This document shows, piece by piece, positions 57,396 through 64,000 of a stretch of 64,000 nt of DNA; positions within the stretch are counted from its first letter, which is position 1; each line of letters begins with the position of its first letter. The stretch lies in IMG/VR virus record IMGVR_UViG_3300027976_000020, positions 1 through 64,000 of that record; one strand, given 5' to 3'. The notes below the pieces were generated by a model, which was not told the origin of the DNA, made no database searches, and was given only the letters and a program-made list of their open reading frames with translations. Both the position numbers and the translations under genes were made by a program. Origin of the DNA: a virus.

Positions 57396-57418
57396 TCCAG
57401 AAAGTTTGTTCGTATTAC

Positions 57419-57443
57419 AAAAACCCACTTCGGTGGGTTTTTT
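57419..57443 (+). terminator. Rho-independent terminator after the major capsid gene
   Basis: AAAAACCCAC-TTCG-GTGGGTTTTTT. Confidence 0.9.
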
Positions 57444-57509
57444 GTTGACCAAAATATCTATTGGTGTTAGTATAGTAGGTGAAGTTGCGGTACAGGACTA
57501 AATACTATT

Positions 57510-58235
57510 ATGAAACTAATACACGAAATAAAACCATACACATACTTGATCCGGTGCAAAGTAACCGGAGAAGTATATTATGGAAGCAGAACCAAGAATG
57601 TAAAACTCAAAAGAACCCCTGCAGAGGACTTGATGCTGTACTATCAAACAAGTAGTAAACTTGTTAAGAACATGATACAACATCACGGGATAGAAAACTT
57701 TGAGTGGGAAGTACGCAGAACCTTTGACGACGTCAATACTACCGGGCTGTGGGAGAACAGAGTGTTGCGTCGTTGCCGGGTATTAGAAAATGATATCTGG
57801 TTAAATGCAAATCTAGCTAGTAAAAAAGAACTTACAAAAGCCGGTGCTAAAATAATCAGCAAAATTCACAAGGATAAGCCTAAGTCAGAAGAACATAAAA
57901 AAAATTTAAGTACTTCTCAAAAAGGTAAACCCAAAAAATCAACAGTGTATCAAAGTGAAGACTATCGAAGAAACATGTCTAAACTAAAATCCGGCCCAGG
58001 CAATGCTATGTACGGAAAACCCTGTTCGGAAGAAAGAGCTGCAAACATCAGTGCCGCTAAAAAAGCGCAAAACTTAACAGCCTATAATAAAGATATTCCA
58101 ATGACACAAGCACAAAAAGACAAAATAGCCGCTACTAAAGAAAAAAATAAAGTTATGCTAACCTGTGAAGTATGTGGCAAAACTATGCGTCAATCCAACT
58201 TCAAACAATACGGGCACGGACCCAACTGCACATGA
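57510..58235 (+). CDS. Free-standing homing endonuclease (GIY-YIG-like with NUMOD3-like repeats)
   Basis: YTYLI..YYGSR, WLN; SEEHKKNLS/SEERAANIS repeats; NAMYGK; C-terminal CEVCG. Confidence 0.75.
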   Translation: MKLIHEIKPYTYLIRCKVTGEVYYGSRTKNVKLKRTPAEDLMLYYQTSSKLVKNMIQHHGIENFEWEVRRTFDDVNTTGLWENRVLRRCRVLENDIWLNANLASKKELTKAGAKIISKIHKDKPKSEEHKKNLSTSQKGKPKKSTVYQSEDYRRNMSKLKSGPGNAMYGKPCSEERAANISAAKKAQNLTAYNKDIPMTQAQKDKIAATKEKNKVMLTCEVCGKTMRQSNFKQYGHGPNCT

Positions 58236-58250
58236 AATAATAAATACCGC

Positions 58251-58550
58251 ATGTCCAATCCACCACCACCCTACACTGACATCACCGGCATAAGTCGTGC
58301 TGTGATGAAAGACAATGCACAGGTCAACATCACTGACTACAACGGCTCGGCTCGACCCAGCGAGCTGGTGGTCAGTCAAACGGATCAAACCATCTATGTG
58401 GGCAATGCCAGCGGCAGCTTGACACAGGTCATGCAAGTCACCGGAGCAGGTGTATTTTTAGGCAATGTGCGATCAGTCACAGATGTGACCGGGCTAAAAC
58501 AAGTGTACATTGATCCTGTGACCGGCGAACTTGTGTACCACAACATTTGA
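58251..58550 (+). CDS. Hypothetical (likely virion) protein
   Basis: 99 aa; TAAATA 4 nt upstream of ATG. Confidence 0.7.
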   Translation: MSNPPPPYTDITGISRAVMKDNAQVNITDYNGSARPSELVVSQTDQTIYVGNASGSLTQVMQVTGAGVFLGNVRSVTDVTGLKQVYIDPVTGELVYHNI

Positions 58551-58558
58551 AATATCTC

Positions 58559-58696
58559 ATGATCACGCAAATAAAATACTCAGGATTGTTTCCAGAGCCA
58601 CACCCCAGCCCTGTGGGCACAACGCAGGGTCTCAATCAACCAAAATCCACACCGGTGCCACCGGTTCCGGTTGTGCAACAGCCAGTTAAATCTTAA
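58559..58696 (+). CDS. 45-aa Pro-rich protein below the ORF-track cutoff
   Basis: MITQIKYSGLFPEPHPSPVGTTQGLNQPKSTPVPPVPVVQQPVKS*; fills the gap and overlaps the convergent stop. Confidence 0.45.
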   Translation: MITQIKYSGLFPEPHPSPVGTTQGLNQPKSTPVPPVPVVQQPVKS

Positions 58697-59846
58697 ACAG
58701 CTTCAAGTGCAAGTTGATTTTCGTCACAACTGACGCCCAGTCACCCATTGTGGGTTGGCGGAACAATCTGGCTGTGGCATACCAAGGAGTGTCGTCTCTA
58801 TTCAGCAACCAGCGCCAACACGGTGCATAGTTGTTCAACATGATCCAAGTGGGTTTGCCCAGTGACGCACTCAAGTGTGCTGTGGCAGTGTCCACACTGA
58901 CAACCACGTCAAGATTTGCAATCAATCCGGCTGTGTCGGCAAATGCAGATGTGCCGCCCGGGAAGCAATGAACACCCGCGCTGACAAGTTTTTGTTGTTC
59001 TTCTGCTGTGCAATCAGATTGCAAGTTGTACCAGTCATAATTGGGATTTGATTCAACCAGTTCAATCATTTTCTCAAACGGCATTGCTTTGTGTTGGTTG
59101 ATCCAACTGTCGCGTCTGCCACTCCATGCAAAACCCACACGCAGCTTTGTTTTGGCACCTAGATTTCTACGCCATTCGTCAACCAATTGTCGTCCCGGAT
59201 CCAAATATTGAATAGTTGTGGGCAAGTTTTCAACCCGTACGTTTATTTTTCCAGGAATACTCATCAAAGGAATCCAATAATCAAAGTGTTCACCTGGATC
59301 TTGGTTATAGGTCAGTACTTGGACTCCTTGCCCCACGCCACTTGACTGTATCAACGATACCATGGCGTCAGTAACTTGTATGGTCACAGCAGCACCAATG
59401 TTCTTCAAATTCTGCACAAAGCGCACAAACTGAATAATATCGCCATGTCCTTGTTCTCCACGTACAAAAATACGTTTGCCTTGCAAGTCCTCGCTGTTCC
59501 AAACTGGCCAAGGATATTCTGGCAGTGTGCCTTTCATGTGTTCAAAGTTGTGTCGTGCTTCGTATGCAGGCCATCCACGTGCGTAGTCACCGCTCATTAA
59601 ATACGCAACAGCAAGATTAAAGTGGTTGGTCACAGTATTGCTATCAAGTTGTACAGCACGCTGGTTGAACGGAATAGCACCCGCAGGGTCTCCCAGTTCT
59701 CTCAACACATTGCCGTAGTTGTTGAATGCACTGGCAGAGTATCTGTCTCGGACCATGGCATGCATGTACTGCTGTAATGCTAGCTCGGGTTGATGTTGTT
59801 CTCTAAAAGTGTTGCCTTGGGCAATAAGGAATTCTGTATTTTGCAT
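58686..59846 (-). CDS. TPR-repeat glycosyltransferase (GT9-like C-terminus)
   Basis: N-terminal TPRs; EQGHGDIIQF, VGFAWSG, DVVVSVDTATAHL, WRW, PWY..RLFRQ; likely ATG at 59846 (ORF track starts 59933). Confidence 0.85.
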   Translation of the reverse strand: MQNTEFLIAQGNTFREQHQPELALQQYMHAMVRDRYSASAFNNYGNVLRELGDPAGAIPFNQRAVQLDSNTVTNHFNLAVAYLMSGDYARGWPAYEARHNFEHMKGTLPEYPWPVWNSEDLQGKRIFVRGEQGHGDIIQFVRFVQNLKNIGAAVTIQVTDAMVSLIQSSGVGQGVQVLTYNQDPGEHFDYWIPLMSIPGKINVRVENLPTTIQYLDPGRQLVDEWRRNLGAKTKLRVGFAWSGRRDSWINQHKAMPFEKMIELVESNPNYDWYNLQSDCTAEEQQKLVSAGVHCFPGGTSAFADTAGLIANLDVVVSVDTATAHLSASLGKPTWIMLNNYAPCWRWLLNRDDTPWYATARLFRQPTMGDWASVVTKINLHLKLFKI

Positions 59847-59894
59847 GACAATATTTACACAGCTTTTTAGCCAGGTTAAAAATACTATTGTGGC

Positions 59895-59987
59895 TAAATA
59901 CTTGTCAACACAATACGGTGTTTTATGCGGCACACCAGCCGCGTAGTAGCTAGAACCTACATCGGACTTCTTTAAGGAGAAAACAAC
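59895..59987 (+). promoter_or_regulatory. Late promoter plus structured 5' leader
   Basis: TAAATA 59895-59900, three tandem hairpins, AAGGAG RBS. Confidence 0.55.
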
Positions 59988-60782
59988 ATGGGACGTCCTC
60001 TAAAAATTCAAAAATACAACGTAGTCACATCAACACCAATTGATCAAGGCTATGCTCCATTTGGTGCTCCCACTTCAATGGACACAAGTACTGTTGTACT
60101 TCCACAACCAATTACACTACCGTTTCCATTCAGTGGAGTAGTCGGCGGCATTGACAGTGCAGGCGTCAGCGCTACATATCCTATTGTTTCTGTAACAGTG
60201 AATATTGTAAACAGCTTCTCTGGTGCAGCCGCAGGCGCAATTATTCGTCAGAAAGGTGCTCGTAAGTATCTAGTGGCAACCACAACTCCTATTGATCCTG
60301 CAAACGCAGTAGTGGGTGTTGCTCTTCAAATTGCAGCGGTTGGCAACACAGACTGGCAAGCAATGGGCGCGCCATACGGTGCTGCAATTGGTACACTGTT
60401 TACCCCAACAGTGGCCTCTGCAGGTGGTTCAACTGGTACAGCATTCGAAGTTGGTCAGTGCGTGTTGGCAGCCGCTGCGATTCCAACTGCTGGCAATATG
60501 AACATTGCTATGGCAGTTGCTGACGACAGTACCAACGTTTTCATCAGCAAGTTGACCAACAAGTTTGTGCAAGACTTCAACGGTGGCGGCGCCGGCGGTG
60601 TTGCTAGTACTGGCGATGTATGGGATTACGCTGCTACAGTTGACAACATTGACTACGCAGCCAACTTCTTCACTGATTCGTCAACATTTGCCAAGTCAGG
60701 CGCAGAAGTTTCTACATGGGCCGGAACCCAGCAAAACAGCAATGGCACATTGGGCCTAGCACAAGTTGACAGTACAACCTAA
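59988..60782 (+). CDS. Virion structural protein (head decoration-like)
   Basis: MGRPLK start, IIRQKGARKYLV; strong RBS, late promoter and own terminator. Confidence 0.6.
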   Translation: MGRPLKIQKYNVVTSTPIDQGYAPFGAPTSMDTSTVVLPQPITLPFPFSGVVGGIDSAGVSATYPIVSVTVNIVNSFSGAAAGAIIRQKGARKYLVATTTPIDPANAVVGVALQIAAVGNTDWQAMGAPYGAAIGTLFTPTVASAGGSTGTAFEVGQCVLAAAAIPTAGNMNIAMAVADDSTNVFISKLTNKFVQDFNGGGAGGVASTGDVWDYAATVDNIDYAANFFTDSSTFAKSGAEVSTWAGTQQNSNGTLGLAQVDSTT

Positions 60783-60811
60783 TACGTTAGTTACTTAATT
60801 TTCAACACTTG

Positions 60812-60844
60812 ATCCCCGCAGTTAAATACCGTGGGGATTTTTTT
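60812..60844 (+). terminator. Terminator hairpin with TAAATA late promoter in its loop
   Basis: ATCCCCGC-AGTTAAATACC-GTGGGGAT followed by a T-run. Confidence 0.7.
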
Positions 60845-61432
60845 ATGACTGTGGCATTTGTGCTTGGAAACGGCGTTAGCAGGTCTGGCTTACCGTTGGA
60901 ACATATTCAAAAACTAGGAAAAATTTACGGGTGCAATGCTCTTTATAGAGAGTTCACACCGGATGTTCTTGTGGCCACAGACCGTGCAATATCACAAAGG
61001 ATACAAGAAACTGGGTATCCTGTTAAAAATAAATTTTATACTCGCAAGCCCATCGAAGGTCTTGGCGCACACCGTGTACCGCAAGAATATTACGGATACA
61101 GTTCTGGGCCAAATGCTGTGGGCATAGCGGCAACTGATCAACATACTAAAATTTATATTATAGGGTTTGACATGGGTCCCAGTGTACATAATCAATTCAA
61201 CAACTTGTACGAAGGCACAGAGTTCTACAAACCATCAGGGTCAGCACCTACTTATACCGGAAATTGGGCAAAACAGTTGACAAAAATAACAAAAGATTTT
61301 CCTAAAACGCAGTTTATTCGTGTATGCGGCAACACCACGGCCCGTCTACCGGCACTAGATAATATTACAAATCTGACACACGAGGATTTGTCAACCTTTG
61401 TAATGCGGATAAATAATCAAAAGGATCTATAA
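60845..61432 (+). CDS. Hypothetical protein with Rossmann-like motif (DUF115/sialyltransferase-like)
   Basis: AFVLGNGVSR, YGCNALY, SSG, IYIIGFD; likely ATG at 60845. Confidence 0.55.
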   Translation: MTVAFVLGNGVSRSGLPLEHIQKLGKIYGCNALYREFTPDVLVATDRAISQRIQETGYPVKNKFYTRKPIEGLGAHRVPQEYYGYSSGPNAVGIAATDQHTKIYIIGFDMGPSVHNQFNNLYEGTEFYKPSGSAPTYTGNWAKQLTKITKDFPKTQFIRVCGNTTARLPALDNITNLTHEDLSTFVMRINNQKDL

Positions 61433-62044
61433 ATGGCTACAGTAAAAAACACCAGCGACGACTACACTATCACAGTGGCGGATGGCCTTGGTACGCTGAC
61501 CATTAATGCCAATCTTGATGTATTTGGTAATATCACCTACATTGACTCAACTGAGCTAAGAGTCTCTGACCCGTTTATAACAGTTGCATATGACAATAAC
61601 GGCACAATACAAAGCATGGGCTTGGTGGCTCAAAAATCAACAACAACATTTGCCGGTCTGCGATTTAACACAGTGTCCGGTGAGTGGGAAGTTAGTCCTG
61701 CGGTTGATGCAGATGGCGGACCAATAACACCATACTCAACTATATCAACAGCTGGCCTACGCATCCTGCCAGGAGCACCTGTTAATTCAGTGCAGTACAA
61801 CGGAGCAGGCAGCTTTGCAGGCGATGCAGCATTTACGTTTGATGCTGGCAACGCCAAAGTAAACATAACAGGACAAATGGTGTTGGCAAATATTGTATCA
61901 ACACCTGCTGCTACGCCAAACGTGGCAGCACTATACAACAAAGCCGAAGGTTCAGGTGGCACTGGCGTTTATGTCATAAGCCCAACTGTCAACGATGAAT
62001 TGGTTAGTAAAACCAAAGCAATTGTATTTGGCATTATATTTTAA
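61433..62044 (+). CDS. Virion structural protein (fibre-like)
   Basis: GNITYIDST..VSDPFI, SVQYN, ELVSKTKAIVFGIIF; late cluster. Confidence 0.55.
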   Translation: MATVKNTSDDYTITVADGLGTLTINANLDVFGNITYIDSTELRVSDPFITVAYDNNGTIQSMGLVAQKSTTTFAGLRFNTVSGEWEVSPAVDADGGPITPYSTISTAGLRILPGAPVNSVQYNGAGSFAGDAAFTFDAGNAKVNITGQMVLANIVSTPAATPNVAALYNKAEGSGGTGVYVISPTVNDELVSKTKAIVFGIIF

Positions 62045-62053
62045 GGAATCAAC

Positions 62054-62371
62054 ATGGCAATCACCAACACTCGATTAGACAGCACTAATCCAACCACAGT
62101 ATTTGATGCAGTGGGACAACAAGCTATCACAGTGCTGTATCTTTGTAATACAACTGCAACCACTTGCACAGCAAATGTGTTTGTAATCAACAGCAGCGAC
62201 AGTACATCGTCTGCTGATACAAATATGGTATATTCACAGCTGGAACTCACAGCAAACGAAACTTATGTGATATCAACAGAAAAACTCATACTCAACGACA
62301 ACGACTTAGTTGAAGTCGAAGCCAACATAGCAGATTGCATCACAGTAACAGTCAGCTCAATATCTGTATAA
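62054..62371 (+). CDS. Virion structural protein
   Basis: 105-aa beta-rich ORF with AAGGA RBS. Confidence 0.6.
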   Translation: MAITNTRLDSTNPTTVFDAVGQQAITVLYLCNTTATTCTANVFVINSSDSTSSADTNMVYSQLELTANETYVISTEKLILNDNDLVEVEANIADCITVTVSSISV

Positions 62372-62372
62372 C

Positions 62373-62771
62373 ATGGGCAACTGGACAAAAAACCGCAGAT
62401 TAGAATCAGGCAGCACTTCGGTTGTTATGCCTTCTGGCAATTCAGCAACTCGCCCTGTTGGCCCCGTTTTTGGTCAGTTTAGATTCAATACCGATGTTGC
62501 TCAAATTGAATTCTACAACGGATCAATTTGGGTTACTGTTGCAGCTGACGGCGGCATTTCCTACACGGTTGACAGTTTTGTTGGTGATGGTTCTACTATC
62601 ATATTTACTATGTCAGAAGTTGAAAGTTTAGCACAACAAATTATTGTGTTTGTAGGAAGTGTTTATCAGATACCCATTACAAACTATACCGTCGACGGCG
62701 GATTTGACATTGTGTTTGCCAGCCCGCCGCCGAACACAATGCCTATAAACGTAATTCACAGTAACAGTTAA
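62373..62771 (+). CDS. Virion structural protein
   Basis: PSGNSATRP..GQFRFNT..EFYNG..W plus GDGST..F Ig-like module. Confidence 0.6.
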   Translation: MGNWTKNRRLESGSTSVVMPSGNSATRPVGPVFGQFRFNTDVAQIEFYNGSIWVTVAADGGISYTVDSFVGDGSTIIFTMSEVESLAQQIIVFVGSVYQIPITNYTVDGGFDIVFASPPPNTMPINVIHSNS

Positions 62772-62802
62772 CAAACTAAATACCCTGTAAGGGAAAAAAT
62801 CA

Positions 62803-64000
62803 ATGGCCATTAGTAAAATTGCAGGACAGATGTTGAAAGACAATCTCGAAAGAGATGGTGCTAATCTGGCAATTTCCGACACTATAGCCGATACTCCTAT
62901 ATTCTTAGTTGATGTTACCAATGCCAGAATTGGTATTAACACAGCCACACCAACTGTTAGCTTAGACATTGCAGGCAATATTCTTGCAACAGGTATCTAC
63001 ACAACAGTTGATATTGAGTCAGACCTGTTAATATCTAATACACTTGCAGTCGCAACCTCTGCCAATATTGGCGGCGTTAATATTATAGGAAATTCAATAT
63101 CAGCAGATTCGGGCATTCTAGAACTAGGGTCTGTTGCCAATATTTCGATCACAGGTGGATCACTCAATTTCATACTGTCAACAGACGGCACTGGAAATTT
63201 ATCATGGTCATCATTTGGATCAGTTGGTGTAATTGGTAATAGTATTGCAATGGGTACCAACACACTGGGCAATCTTGTAAGTAACGCAGTTACGTTAACA
63301 ACCAGCACAACTGTAACAGATGGTATAACACAATTAAACTCAGTTCTAGGTAAATTGGTTCCACCGTCACCTGGAAACTTTCCGGATAGCCAACCACTTT
63401 CGATCTCTAGTGTATCAACTTACAGAATGACCAACATTACTCAAGTTGACAATACCCCAGAGACCAATAAATCAGTAGCCGCAGGAACAGTTGTATCAAC
63501 TGTTCGTAGAGCCGCTACATACTCTACAAATACTATTTCAACAGTTGGACCGGGTGACTCTGGCACAATTGCTGCTGTGCTCAATGGAGTTGATGTTGGG
63601 TCAGTTACTTTAAACACATCGGCTAACCCATCTGCCAACGGAACTTACGGCGGTAATCTTGTTATTTCCAACAACTTTGATTACAACACAGCCAACGCAA
63701 ACATTGCAGCCGGTTTTTGGTATGTGTTTTCGTCTGCAATTTCAGGCAGCGCAGCACCGGCAGGATGGAACGAAGTTTATATTTCTGATACAGCAACTGC
63801 AAGCACCACAAATACCCCAGTTTGGTATTATGACAATAGTAGTCCACCTGCTCCAAGTTTTAGCAACAGCACAATTGCCACAACCGGATCACCTACGTTG
63901 TTGTACAGCAGTACTATTCCGCATTATACCACTGCTACTCAATTTACAATAACATCGGATGTGGCCAACATAAGTGGCAATACATATCCAACATCAAATA
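62803..64000 (+). CDS. Tail fibre-like structural protein (partial, runs off window end)
   Basis: Not in the ORF track. MAISKIAGQMLKDNLERDG..RIGINTATP..LSTDGTGNLSW; TAAATA promoter upstream. Confidence 0.75.
   Translation, partial: MAISKIAGQMLKDNLERDGANLAISDTIADTPIFLVDVTNARIGINTATPTVSLDIAGNILATGIYTTVDIESDLLISNTLAVATSANIGGVNIIGNSISADSGILELGSVANISITGGSLNFILSTDGTGNLSWSSFGSVGVIGNSIAMGTNTLGNLVSNAVTLTTSTTVTDGITQLNSVLGKLVPPSPGNFPDSQPLSISSVSTYRMTNITQVDNTPETNKSVAAGTVVSTVRRAATYSTNTISTVGPGDSGTIAAVLNGVDVGSVTLNTSANPSANGTYGGNLVISNNFDYNTANANIAAGFWYVFSSAISGSAAPAGWNEVYISDTATASTTNTPVWYYDNSSPPAPSFSNSTIATTGSPTLLYSSTIPHYTTATQFTITSDVANISGNTYPTSN

Noticed and set aside
1-64000. CRISPR array, TIGR-like array, tRNA or rRNA genes
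   Set aside because: No regularly spaced repeat-spacer units or cloverleaf/T-loop signatures were seen. The repeats found are two-copy tandem duplications inside genes.

Overview
This window is a 64-kb segment of a large T4-like (jumbo) myophage genome using the standard genetic code, with no tRNA, rRNA or CRISPR array seen. Minus strand 1-35290: two radical SAM enzymes, several glycosyltransferase-like genes, tail/fibre proteins, a 4809-aa virion protein and a baseplate module (gp6-, gp25-, gp5-, hub-, gp53- and gp48/54-like). Plus strand 35408-45776: late sigma factor gp55, gp47/gp46 (Mre11/Rad50-like) interrupted by AT-rich inserts, a B12-type radical SAM / radical SAM / SDR cassette and a small GIY-YIG nuclease. 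That nuclease is followed by a ~330-nt ORF-free, heavily base-paired region, a candidate nuclease-associated ncRNA and the top finding. Minus strand 46192-49052: MTA/SAH nucleosidase, DUF6614-like, Arg-transferase-like and DUF1415-like genes, plus a gp26-like chaperone pair with a -1 slippery site. Plus strand 49109-64000: tape-measure/lysozyme-like protein, portal, protease, scaffold, major capsid, a homing endonuclease and further virion proteins; one TPR-glycosyltransferase lies on the minus strand. TAAATA late promoters recur and often give leaderless starts. All product calls come from motif recognition and synteny by eye, not from database searches.
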